Source: Chloroflexota bacterium | GTDB taxonomy: Bacteria; Chloroflexota; Dehalococcoidia; GIF9; AB-539-J10 | NCBI GenBank assembly: GCA_037444365.1 | Contig: JBBIMO010000006.1 | Location: forward strand, 167 to 64,166 | DNA length: 64,000 nucleotides | Reading direction: 5' to 3' | In this document: positions 31,985 to 41,040 of the stretch, piece after piece | Numbering within the stretch: position 1 is the stretch's first letter | How the letters are laid out: every line of letters starts with the position of its first letter | Made by a program: the position numbers and the translations under genes | The notes under the pieces: generated by a model | The model's database searches: none | The model's input: only the letters and a program-made list of their open reading frames with translations | What the model was told of the DNA's origin: nothing

Positions 31985-34021
31985 TTACCTCCCAGGCTCT
32001 TTTGCCGTCTTGATCATCTCATTTACTGCTCCAACAAACTTGTGGGGCGCATTGGGGCTGAGGTTGAACATCGCAACACGTCTGCCATCCACCCTAATCT
32101 CTTTCAACAGCATGTCGCAGTATTTCACCCTCTCTTTGGCTCTGGTGTTTCCAGTGATGTGATGGCAGGCGCCCTCTTCACACCCCATCACCAGCACTGC
32201 TGCTGCACCCTTTTCGAAAGCCTTCAGGATATGAAACACATCCACCTGGCCAGCACAGGGCACCCGGATTATTCGCAGATTCTCCGGGTAATGAAGCCTT
32301 AGTCTTCCCGCTAGATCAGCAGCAGGATAAGCAGAACGCTCACAACAAAACGCTACATGGCACCCATTCAACGCCTTTCCTACCGCCTCAAGCTGAGTCA
32401 CGATCTCCTCATCTCTATGACCTTGAAATCTTATCGCCTTAGCCGGGCATATTGCAGCGCAAATGCCACAAGCATAGCAAGCGAGGTCTGAAATCCCGGC
32501 CACCTCCTTGCTATTATCTGTTCGAGTTAGGTGGATAGCGCCATGCGGACAAACACGAATGCAAGTAAGGCATGCCACGCACTTCTGAGGGTCAGCTCTC
32601 ACTTTCTCAACATCCACCGGAATTCTTCCCGCGGACAAGAGCTCGTGCACAGACATGACCACACTGGAAATATCTGCCAACACACTCCCTATGCCTGAGT
32701 CACCCCGACATCCACCAACAAAAAGTATTCCCTTTCTCTCCGAGCCAACGGGATACAGGTGGACGTTCTCATCCTGTAAGAAGCCTCTGGAGTCTCTCCT
32801 CACGTTCAGCAAGAGATTCAAGGTTCCAGTTCCCTCTCCAGGGAGATAAAGCTCCTCCGCAACCAGAACGTCACAGGCCAAGCTTATATCTTCTCCGAGA
32901 AAAGTATCTCTAGCCTCGATTCCTACCCGCCCGTTCTCCACAGCAATCCTCGGCGATGCATCGGTCTTCACAAACACCACCCCGCAGTTTCTCGCCTCCC
33001 GGTAAAGTCTCTCCATTCCTTGGCCATCTACTTTAGCGTTCTTGTAGAAGACGTAAATCTCGCTGCCCCACTTCTTCTTGGCTGCCAAAGCGTTGTTAAG
33101 GGTAGCCACCGCGGCAAAGCGAGAGTTCTCATCGGAAAAGTCAAACATCAAACATATGGTTCTAGGCTCTTTCTCCAGATTAGGATTAACAAGCATACTG
33201 CAGAACTGCTCTTGCGATACAATGTTCGGGCCGGCGATCGCCCCGCCTCCAGTTCGCAACTCCGGTCCGAAATCCGACGCAAGCCTAGTTTGACATCCTA
33301 TGGCGAGGACTATCGCCCCATACTTGCGGATGATTTCCTCTACCCCTTTTCGTATCACTACTCTGAAATCACCTACCTTCCCCTCTACTGCCGTCATCTG
33401 AGCAGACGTCAAGATCTCAATGTTTTCATCTATCTCTGCCGCACTTATCATTGAATCTGTGTCAAAACAGCAGAAGCGTTCCGATTCCTCGGCCCCAATT
33501 CCCAGAAGCGCCTCTTCCTGCAATAGGGTTGTGCGCAGCCCAATTCGAGATAGCTGGAGAGCCACATTGATTGCCGAGAATCCGCCACCGACCACGAGAA
33601 CCTCTTTGTTCACGGGCAATTCCTTCTTCTCTATTGGCTGAAGTGACCGAGCCCTGCGTACCGCCATCTCCATAAGCTCCACAGCCTTCTCAGTAACATC
33701 CCCTTCATGAGCCCAAGAGCACTGCTCCCTGATATTTGCCATGGCCAGTAGGTGCTCATTTAGCCCAGCCTCTTTCAATACTCCTCGGAAAATATGCTCC
33801 TGAAATTCAGGAGAGCAAGCAGCAACGACAACTCCCTCTATGTGCTCCTCTTTGATACGGGAAAGCATCTTCTCCCTTCCTTCCTCAAGACACAGGTTGG
33901 AACTCAAGTCTACAGAGGCGACACCGGGGAGTGCCGCTGCCTTTCCAGCAGCGATATCAAAGTCGATATTCTTTATGGCTCCACCGCAATTACAAAGAAA
34001 AACGCCTATTCTTCTATCCAT
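31985..34021 (-). CDS. HdrA-like protein with C-terminally fused MvhD domain (678 aa)
   Basis: It has an N-domain ('IGVFLCNCGGAI...ANIREQCSWAH'), a dinucleotide site ('LVVGGGFSAINVAL') and a ferredoxin domain ('CVACLTCIRVCP', 'CYACGICAAICP'). These are followed by MvhD: 'VAFCCERSAYPAADLAG...IIRVPCAGQV...FEKGAAAVLVMGCEEGACHH'. Confidence 0.85.
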   Translation of the reverse strand: MDRRIGVFLCNCGGAIKNIDFDIAAGKAAALPGVASVDLSSNLCLEEGREKMLSRIKEEHIEGVVVAACSPEFQEHIFRGVLKEAGLNEHLLAMANIREQCSWAHEGDVTEKAVELMEMAVRRARSLQPIEKKELPVNKEVLVVGGGFSAINVALQLSRIGLRTTLLQEEALLGIGAEESERFCCFDTDSMISAAEIDENIEILTSAQMTAVEGKVGDFRVVIRKGVEEIIRKYGAIVLAIGCQTRLASDFGPELRTGGGAIAGPNIVSQEQFCSMLVNPNLEKEPRTICLMFDFSDENSRFAAVATLNNALAAKKKWGSEIYVFYKNAKVDGQGMERLYREARNCGVVFVKTDASPRIAVENGRVGIEARDTFLGEDISLACDVLVAEELYLPGEGTGTLNLLLNVRRDSRGFLQDENVHLYPVGSERKGILFVGGCRGDSGIGSVLADISSVVMSVHELLSAGRIPVDVEKVRADPQKCVACLTCIRVCPHGAIHLTRTDNSKEVAGISDLACYACGICAAICPAKAIRFQGHRDEEIVTQLEAVGKALNGCHVAFCCERSAYPAADLAGRLRLHYPENLRIIRVPCAGQVDVFHILKAFEKGAAAVLVMGCEEGACHHITGNTRAKERVKYCDMLLKEIRVDGRRVAMFNLSPNAPHKFVGAVNEMIKTAKEPGR

Positions 34022-35299
34022 TCAATGGCTTCCTTGCTTGCCTCGCCTTTGGCTTGCGGATTGGCCTAGCACTTGCATTGCCTTCGAAGCTGCAGCTATC
34101 CCGTGAGAGATGGAACCGGGTATATCCTTGGGCCCTTGGCAAGTTCCGGCGACGAACACACCATCAACATTGGTTTCATTTGAACCGATGGAATCCCTTA
34201 CATCAAAGAATCCTTCGTCAGTCAAATTTATCCCCAGAATCCTGGCCAAATCCCAGGAGTTCCTGCCAGGAGAAATACCCACAGAAAGGACCACAAGGTC
34301 AAAAGTGTCCCGACAAACCTTTCCCTCAGAGACATCTTCAAACTTCACCTCAAGCTCGCCAGGTAAGGTCTGCAGAACCTCCACTGGTACTCCCCTCACA
34401 AATCGTATACTTTGCTTGTATTTTTCATAGAATTGAGCAAAGCCCTTCCCGGCAGTCTGCAGGTCGATGTAGAAGATAGTCACCCTGGTATCAGGACTCT
34501 GATATTTGATAAGCCCGGCCAGTTTCATAGCATACTTGCAACACACCTGCGAGCAGTAACCGTGACCCTCGTCTCTCGAGCCAACACACTGAACAAAAGC
34601 AATGTTCCGGGGCTCTTTACCGTCTGCGCCAAGCCTGAGACGGCCTTCGCGAGTGAAAACCTGCTCCAGATCAAGACCAGTCAGGACATTGGAGTACCTA
34701 CCGTAGCCGAGAGAACCCTTCATTCTGGCGTCAAAAACATCAAAGCCGGTGGCAACAATGATGGCACCGACGTTCAACTCCTGCTCTTTTGGCTTGAGAG
34801 CAAACTCGATAGCTTGGGTAGGGCAGTTCGCCCGGCAGACATCGCATTTCTCCCCTTTGGAGCGCAGACAGAGTCCTTCATCGAGAACGTAGGAAAAAGG
34901 TGTTGCTTCAGCAGAAGGCGGATGAATCGCCTTTGGGTTAACGGGGCAGACCTCGGTGCAAACGCCGCAAGCTATGCATCTCTGTTCATCAACATGGTGG
35001 GGCTGCTTGACTATTCCGACTTGAAAGTTGCCCAGCTCGCCCGTAAGTCTTGCTATCGTGGAGTAGGTCAGGACCCTAATGCGAGGATGAGCTACCGCTT
35101 CCTTGATCTTGTCGAGAACTACACAGGCAGAACACCTGGAACAGACATCCGTTGCCTTACAACAAAAAGAGGCACTATGCCCACCAACCACCGCCTCCTT
35201 CTCAACCAGATAGACACTTATACCCGCATTAGCTAGCTCTAACGCTGACGCTACCCCTGATACACCCGACCCAAAAACCAGAACGCTTTTGTTTTCCAA
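34022..35299 (-). CDS. HdrA-core-like flavoprotein with inserted ferredoxin domain, but no N-domain or C-terminal ferredoxin domain (425 aa; TTG start)
   Basis: 'VLVFGSGVSGVASALELANAG', the inserted Fe-S motifs 'CIACGVCTEVCP' and 'CDVCRANCP', plus 'FVQCVGSRD..GYCSQVCC' and 'GVFVAGTCQGPKDIPGSI'. The only in-frame start is TTG, with an AAGGAA RBS. Its stop abuts the next gene's start. Confidence 0.8.
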   Translation of the reverse strand: MENKSVLVFGSGVSGVASALELANAGISVYLVEKEAVVGGHSASFCCKATDVCSRCSACVVLDKIKEAVAHPRIRVLTYSTIARLTGELGNFQVGIVKQPHHVDEQRCIACGVCTEVCPVNPKAIHPPSAEATPFSYVLDEGLCLRSKGEKCDVCRANCPTQAIEFALKPKEQELNVGAIIVATGFDVFDARMKGSLGYGRYSNVLTGLDLEQVFTREGRLRLGADGKEPRNIAFVQCVGSRDEGHGYCSQVCCKYAMKLAGLIKYQSPDTRVTIFYIDLQTAGKGFAQFYEKYKQSIRFVRGVPVEVLQTLPGELEVKFEDVSEGKVCRDTFDLVVLSVGISPGRNSWDLARILGINLTDEGFFDVRDSIGSNETNVDGVFVAGTCQGPKDIPGSISHGIAAASKAMQVLGQSASQRRGKQGSH

Positions 35300-35343
35300 G
35301 GTCGTTCCTTAGGTCTCAAAAATCGTATCACTTTACACCTTTT

Positions 35344-35742
35344 CTACTTTTTTAGCAACCCCTCAACCCTGTTCACTAGTTCCTTGGCGTCAACTGGCTT
35401 CTGAAGATAATCATCTGCCTCCATCATCATTCCTTCCCGCATGGAAAGATGCATCTTCTCCCTGTCTTCAGGATAAACAGTCAGCATCAACACCGGGATG
35501 TTGGAGAAGAAATAGTACTTCTCGTCGGTCTTGAGCTCATGGCAGACATCAAATCCGTGTTTGCCGGGCATTATCACATCCAGTATGATTAAGTCAGGCC
35601 TCTCATCCACTACTTTGCGCAAACCTTCGAACCCATCATATGCAGATATGACCTCATAGGACTTGGGCTCCAGGATTCTTCTAACCACTGTGTGTACATC
35701 ACGGTCATCGTCAATGAGCAAAATTCTGGTTTGCTTTAGCAT
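35344..35742 (-). CDS. Receiver-only response regulator (CheY-like)
   Basis: 'RILLIDDD', the phospho-acceptor 'LIILDVIMPG' and a conserved 'K' in 'YLQKPV'. At 132 aa it has no output domain. Confidence 0.85.
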   Translation of the reverse strand: MLKQTRILLIDDDRDVHTVVRRILEPKSYEVISAYDGFEGLRKVVDERPDLIILDVIMPGKHGFDVCHELKTDEKYYFFSNIPVLMLTVYPEDREKMHLSMREGMMMEADDYLQKPVDAKELVNRVEGLLKK

Positions 35743-36136
35743 CCTTTCCTCCTTTAGACAAAAGCTTCTCTACACGCTGGAGCAACACAAAGGGCTCTAT
35801 GGGCTTCTCTATATAGTCATCAACAGACAGCTTACGGCCTAGTTCCAGTTCGTAGCGCCTCTGGCTAGCCTCCTCCCTGACTGAACTGATGACAAGAACC
35901 GGAATGTCAGGATATCCTCTCTTCTGGCAACCCTCCAATTCCCTAACCACAGCAAAGCCATCCATCCCTGGCATTAGAAGATCCAAAAGCATTATGTCTG
36001 GCTTCTCTTCTTTCAACTTCTTCAACGCCTCAAATCCGTCACAAGCCTCAATTACCTGATAGGAGCGTGACTTCAATACACTGGCGATTGCCAGCCGCAT
36101 GTCAGGATCATCATCCACTATCAAGACCTTCGGCAT
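35711..36136 (-). CDS. Receiver-only response regulator (CheY-like)
   Basis: 'KVLIVDDDPD', 'IMLLDLLMPGMDG' and 'YIEKPI'. At 141 aa it has no output domain. It overlaps the next response regulator by 32 nt. Confidence 0.85.
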   Translation of the reverse strand: MPKVLIVDDDPDMRLAIASVLKSRSYQVIEACDGFEALKKLKEEKPDIMLLDLLMPGMDGFAVVRELEGCQKRGYPDIPVLVISSVREEASQRRYELELGRKLSVDDYIEKPIEPFVLLQRVEKLLSKGGKDAKANQNFAH

Positions 36137-36141
36137 ACGCT

Positions 36142-37299
36142 TTACTCTGCTTGTTTCGGAGCCTTGGGCAAAACAAAGGTGAACGTGGTTCCCTTGCCTG
36201 TCTCAGGACAGGGACTTGTTGCCCAAATCTTGCCACCGTGACCCTCGACTATCTTCTTGCTTATGGAAAGCCCCAAGCCAGCTCCTCTCTTTTCCATGTC
36301 CAGACCCTTATAGAAACCATCGAATACTTTGGCCAAGTCCTCAGTGGGAATTCCAACACCTGTGTCAATCACATCAACACGCACATGATCCTTCTCGTTC
36401 CTCGCTCTAACCGTTATCCCGCCCGTCGGAGTGAATTTTATGGCATTGGATAGCAGGTTCGTCATGACTTGCTTGAGCCTGCCGGCGTTCCCTACAATCG
36501 TGGGAAGCTGTCTGGGCGCTGCGACATCCATCTGCAATCCCTTTTCCACAGCTAACGGACGCATCATCTCAGTGCAGTCTTCTATCACTTTCAGCAAGGA
36601 GACTTCCTCAGTCCTGAATTCCCCAAAATCAACGCGCGAGAAGTCAATCATGTTGCTTATCAAATTGAGAAGGTCAGAAAGCCTCTTGCTGCTCCTTTGC
36701 ACGATGTTCTTCTGCTCATCACTGAGCTCTCCGACAAAGCCATCAAGCAACAGCCGATTGTAGCTCTCTGCGGCAGCCAAAGGGGCCTTCAAGTCATGAA
36801 AGATCACCGACAGAATGCGCTCCATCGTTTGTTTAGTATGCTGCAGTCTCGAAGCAACCACTTTCACAAGGTTGTTCGCTACTTTGTAACCCATTTGAGG
36901 GTTTTCATCCAGCAGGGCTCTGAGTTTCTCTCCGTCCAGTGCGATAATCTCAGTCCTCTCCAGACACCGACCCGAGGAAGTAAGAATATGAGGTTCCATT
37001 AGTGCAGACCAGCAGAAACTGCTCCCTTCCGATAATACATCGATTGTGGCCCTTTCAGCTGCGCTACGGCTTATGGTAAGCTCCGTCTCCAGAGCTACCT
37101 TGCCCGATTTGAGAGTCTGAACATAGTTACAGTGCGCACCCTCGCAGAACATGACCGCCCCTGCTTCGTAGAACTGCTCCTGGCAAAGCGGGAGCAGTTT
37201 GTCCAGTTCCTGGTCGGTCAAGCCCTGGAACATCTCTGAAGACCTCAGGGTTTCCTTGATTGAGTCGAGTTCTGTTGTTGCTTCCATTGGCCGCCGCAT
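36142..37299 (-). CDS. Cytoplasmic sensor histidine kinase with N-terminal cyclic-nucleotide-binding-like domain
   Basis: It has a cNMP-like N-domain ('FQGLTDQELDKLLPLCQEQFYEAGAVMFCEG'), the H-box 'FHDLKAPL', the N-box 'NLLSNAIKFT' and G-boxes 'DTGVGI' and 'GAGLGLSISKKIVEGHGGKIW'. There is no TM segment. I moved the start to the internal ATG (37299 or 37287) to avoid overlapping the divergent metF. Confidence 0.85.
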   Translation of the reverse strand: MRRPMEATTELDSIKETLRSSEMFQGLTDQELDKLLPLCQEQFYEAGAVMFCEGAHCNYVQTLKSGKVALETELTISRSAAERATIDVLSEGSSFCWSALMEPHILTSSGRCLERTEIIALDGEKLRALLDENPQMGYKVANNLVKVVASRLQHTKQTMERILSVIFHDLKAPLAAAESYNRLLLDGFVGELSDEQKNIVQRSSKRLSDLLNLISNMIDFSRVDFGEFRTEEVSLLKVIEDCTEMMRPLAVEKGLQMDVAAPRQLPTIVGNAGRLKQVMTNLLSNAIKFTPTGGITVRARNEKDHVRVDVIDTGVGIPTEDLAKVFDGFYKGLDMEKRGAGLGLSISKKIVEGHGGKIWATSPCPETGKGTTFTFVLPKAPKQAE

Positions 37300-37415
37300 A
37301 TTATAACCACTTCGGCAGATGATTGCAAAAAACCCTAACGCGGAGTAACACCCGAACATTGCCCTAAATGGGACATTCTGGCATACTGTGCTAAAATCAT
37401 GTCGGGAGTCCACAA

Positions 37416-38339
37416 ATGAAGACAAAGAGCAATCTAGCCAGGATACTAGATATCGGGCAATTTGCCGTCACCGCCGAAATCAGCTCTCCGCAAAATACAC
37501 AATTCGATACGATCAGGAAGAACATGAGCCTCATCAAGGGCTACGTCGATGCCTTCAATGTCCCTGACGGACAGGCAGCAGTGGTAGCAATGGCGAGCTG
37601 GGCAGTCTGTCTTGTGGGAATACAGGAAGGGCTCGATGCCATAGTCCACATGACCTGCCGCGACCAGAATCGAATCGCCCTCCAAATGGACATCTTGGCA
37701 GTGTCCGCTTTTGGCGTTAACAATATACTTTGTCTCTCCGGGGACCCTATTTACTTTGGAAATCATCCCAAGGCGAAGCCCGTCTTCGACATCGATTCTC
37801 TCCAGCTAATCAAGATGGTCAAGCAACTAAGAGATGAAAGGAAATTCGATAATGGAGAGGTACTAGTGGGAACAGAGCCCAGGCTGTTCATCGGGACAAC
37901 TATGAACCCTTCTGTTCAACCGCTAGAGGCCGCTGTAAACCGCCTTGAGGAAAAGGTTACCGCTGGAGCAGATTTTCTCCAGACCCAGCCTATATATAAC
38001 ATCGATGGATTCAGGAAATGGATGGAAGTAGTTCGAGAAAAGGGATTACATAAAGCGGTAAGAATTCTGGCTGGCATTGCTCCTGTAACATCCTTAGCAG
38101 CAGCAAGATATATGAAGACCAAAATCCCCAACATGGATATTCCTGATGCAATTATTGAACGCCTTAAGAAAGCCCGTAACAAAGAAGAGGCGGCAGAGGA
38201 AGGGATAAGTATCGCCGTCGAAACAGTCAATCAACTAAAGCAGATTGAAGGAGTAGCCGGTGTACATATCATGACCCTACAGCGAGAGGAGCTTATCCCC
38301 AAGATCTGCAACAGAGCCAGCCTCTACCCTCGCCCCTGA
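37416..38339 (+). CDS. metF: Methylenetetrahydrofolate reductase, paralogue 2 (stand-alone, only plus-strand gene in the cluster)
   Basis: 307 aa, by eye about 60% identical to paralogue 3 (same 'MKTKSNL' N-terminus, 'HMTCRDQNRIALQMDIL', 'NNILCLSGD', 'GADFLQTQPIYN'). No adjacent metV. Confidence 0.85.
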   Translation: MKTKSNLARILDIGQFAVTAEISSPQNTQFDTIRKNMSLIKGYVDAFNVPDGQAAVVAMASWAVCLVGIQEGLDAIVHMTCRDQNRIALQMDILAVSAFGVNNILCLSGDPIYFGNHPKAKPVFDIDSLQLIKMVKQLRDERKFDNGEVLVGTEPRLFIGTTMNPSVQPLEAAVNRLEEKVTAGADFLQTQPIYNIDGFRKWMEVVREKGLHKAVRILAGIAPVTSLAAARYMKTKIPNMDIPDAIIERLKKARNKEEAAEEGISIAVETVNQLKQIEGVAGVHIMTLQREELIPKICNRASLYPRP

Positions 38340-38370
38340 AGGATATAGAAACCCATTTCCTGTGACGTAC

Positions 38371-41040
38371 TCAGATCTTCTTCACTTTCACTGCTGCAAC
38401 TTTGAGTTCAGGGGTCTTGCATACCGGGTCGAGCTTTGGATTGGTGAGGACGTTAGCAGCACTCTCGACAAAATGGAAGGTCATGAACACTACTCCTGAG
38501 GACAAAGTATCAGTAACTTTGGCTTTGGCGATAACTTCACCGCGTCGGGAACTGATCTTGACTCTGTCACCTTCAGCTATGCCAAATCGTGAAGCATCCT
38601 GAGGACTGATTTCCACCACACCTTCCGGCTCTATGATATTAAGCCCAGCTACCTTGCGGGTCATAGTCCCGGTGTGGAAGTGATACAAGCTGCGTCCTGT
38701 GGTGAGAATCAGAGGATATTGCATATCTGGTACCTCTCCTGGAGGCATGTACTTCAAGGAAATGAACCTGCCCTTCCCCCTGGTGAAGGTATTCGTGTGC
38801 AATATCGGCGTACCTGGATGCCCGTCGTGGGGACAAGGCCATTGCAGTCCCACGTTCTCCAATCTCTGGCAACTTATCCCACCATAGCTAGGAGTAACAC
38901 TGCGAATTTCCTCCATTATCTCAGAGGGGTCGCTATAGTCAAAGCCTTTAGCTCCTAATCTTCGGGCTATCTGGCAGACAATCCACCAATCAGGCCTGGA
39001 ATCGCCGACTGGCTCAATGGCTTTCCTTACCCGCTGCACCCGGCGTTCTGTGTTAACGAAAGTCCCATCCTTTTCAGCAAAGCTGGCTGCAGGAAGAACT
39101 ACATGAGCAAACTTGGCCGTCTCAGAAAGAAATATGTCCTGGACTACCAGAAACTCTAATTGTGCCAACGCCTTCTGAACATGTTGAACATCAGCATCAC
39201 TCAATACCGGGTTCTCACCGACTATGTAGAGCGCCTTCATATCCTTGCGGTATGCAGCTTCAATCATCTCAACCAACGTCAGGCCAGGAGAAGGAGACAA
39301 AGAACACCCCCAAGCAGTCTCAAACTTCTGTCTGATAGCCGAATCAGTCACCGCCTGGTAGCCAGGATAGACGCTAGGCAAGGCACCCATGTCACACGCA
39401 CCCTGCACATTGTTCTGGCCTCTGAGGGGATTCACCCCAGTTGAGGGCTTGCCGATATTCCCGGTGAGCATGGCCAGGTTAGCAATAGCCAGTACATTGT
39501 CGGTGCCATGGGAATGCTGTGTCATGCCCATCCCATAGAGGATGGTGGCAGGACTATGGGCAGCAAACATACGAGCAGCCTCTACCATCCTGTCCTTCGG
39601 CACCCTTGTGACCTCCTCCACAAAAGCAAGGTCAAACGCGGCCAATGACTCTTTGAAAGCATCGAAGTTCTCGCATCTGTCCTTGATGAAGGCTGAGTCA
39701 AACAACTTCTCATCTACTATGACCCGCATCATCCCCATGAGCAGAGCGACATCCGTGCCAGGATGATGCTGAAGCCAGACATCAGCAAGACGACACAAAT
39801 CTATTTTCCTAGGATTAGCGACGATTAGTTTCGCCCCATTCTGGGCTGCCTTTCTCAGTTGCAGCCCCATTACAGGGTGACTGGTCGTGGGGTCATTTCC
39901 CATCGTGAGGATACAAGCTGCATTCGGTATCTCGCTGATGGAGTTAGTCATAGCACCGCTGCCAAAACTCTGAGCCAAACCAGCCACAGAAGCAGCATGG
40001 CAGAGGCGGGCGCAATGATCAACATTGTTGGTACCCATCACCACTCTGGCAAACTTCTGAATGACATAGTTCTCCTCATTGGTGCACTTGGCTGAGGCAA
40101 CGAAGCCTACCTCACTGGGCACATAGCTTCCCAATTTACGCGCCACCAAACCCAGCGCCTCGTCCCAGGATGCCTGCGTCAACTCCCCATTCTTTCTTAT
40201 CAAGGGCGAGGTCAACCGATCAGGGTGATTGACAAAGTCATAGCCAAATCGACCCTTGACGCAAAGAACACCCTTGTTCACGACACTATTGACATCGCCT
40301 TTGACATTGACGATAGTATTGCCCCGAACACCCAAATAGATACCACAACCCACACCGCAATACGGGCAGATGGTCTTAACTTCGCGCGACGGCTTCCGCA
40401 TGTTTCTTGGGACCAGGGCTCCGACTGGACATCTGACAACACACTCCCCGCAGGACTCGCACTTCGATTCTATGATCGGCTTGTCTTTCATAGCGCTGAC
40501 CTTGGTTGCATAACCACGGAAAGCAAAGTCAATGGCGCCTACTCCTTGAATCTCTTTGCAGGTACGTACACAGATGCCACAAAGCACGCACTTGTTCAGG
40601 TCACGAATGAAGAACGGGTTCGAGTCATCAACGGGAATGGTTCTTACAGTCCGTTTTAATCGCTGAAGTCGCCTTTCTTCTATACCTATATAGCGGGCAA
40701 CTTCCTGTAATTTGCATTCCGCATTCTTGGCACACTCAAGACAGTCCGAGTAGTGGTTCACGATAAGGAGTTCAGCGGCGATGCGGCGTACTTTGTTTAT
40801 CTCGGGGCCTTCTGTTCTCACCACAATTCCTTCCTCAACTGGCGCCTTGCATGAAATGGTAAGCCCTCTCCCCTCAATCTCAACCATGCATAAGCGACAT
40901 CCGCCAAAAGGACAGAGATCCGGATGATAGCAGAGATGTGGGATGTAGATGCCATGCTCTAGCGCCGTCTTGAGTATAGTATCTCCTTTGTTTGCCTTGA
41001 TCGGTACTCCGTCAATTGTGAAGGTAATCTCATCAATCAT
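38371..41040 (-). CDS. fdhA: Formate dehydrogenase alpha subunit, Cys-type, long form with N-terminal [2Fe-2S] and multiple [4Fe-4S] domains
   Basis: The N-terminus 'ITFTIDGVPIKA...CYHPDLCPFGGCRLCMVEI' is NuoG/HydA-like. It also has 'CVLCGICVRTC', 'CESCGECVVRCP' and 'CPYCGVGC', and the active site '[11 protein letters not shown]' (Cys-His). The start ATG overlaps the nuoF-like stop (ATGA). Confidence 0.9.
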   Translation of the reverse strand: MIDEITFTIDGVPIKANKGDTILKTALEHGIYIPHLCYHPDLCPFGGCRLCMVEIEGRGLTISCKAPVEEGIVVRTEGPEINKVRRIAAELLIVNHYSDCLECAKNAECKLQEVARYIGIEERRLQRLKRTVRTIPVDDSNPFFIRDLNKCVLCGICVRTCKEIQGVGAIDFAFRGYATKVSAMKDKPIIESKCESCGECVVRCPVGALVPRNMRKPSREVKTICPYCGVGCGIYLGVRGNTIVNVKGDVNSVVNKGVLCVKGRFGYDFVNHPDRLTSPLIRKNGELTQASWDEALGLVARKLGSYVPSEVGFVASAKCTNEENYVIQKFARVVMGTNNVDHCARLCHAASVAGLAQSFGSGAMTNSISEIPNAACILTMGNDPTTSHPVMGLQLRKAAQNGAKLIVANPRKIDLCRLADVWLQHHPGTDVALLMGMMRVIVDEKLFDSAFIKDRCENFDAFKESLAAFDLAFVEEVTRVPKDRMVEAARMFAAHSPATILYGMGMTQHSHGTDNVLAIANLAMLTGNIGKPSTGVNPLRGQNNVQGACDMGALPSVYPGYQAVTDSAIRQKFETAWGCSLSPSPGLTLVEMIEAAYRKDMKALYIVGENPVLSDADVQHVQKALAQLEFLVVQDIFLSETAKFAHVVLPAASFAEKDGTFVNTERRVQRVRKAIEPVGDSRPDWWIVCQIARRLGAKGFDYSDPSEIMEEIRSVTPSYGGISCQRLENVGLQWPCPHDGHPGTPILHTNTFTRGKGRFISLKYMPPGEVPDMQYPLILTTGRSLYHFHTGTMTRKVAGLNIIEPEGVVEISPQDASRFGIAEGDRVKISSRRGEVIAKAKVTDTLSSGVVFMTFHFVESAANVLTNPKLDPVCKTPELKVAAVKVKKI

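Noticed and set aside
37389-37397. Extended -10-like element TGcTAAAAT upstream of metF-2.
   Set aside because: There is no acceptable -35, and the implied start site would fall on or inside the GGGAG ribosome-binding site. It is kept only as a note.
26883-41040. Possibility that the two formate dehydrogenases are selenoproteins (in-frame TGA plus SECIS).
   Set aside because: Both ORFs are uninterrupted, and both have Cys at the Sec position ('[11 protein letters not shown]', '[11 protein letters not shown]'). There is no in-frame TGA to recode.
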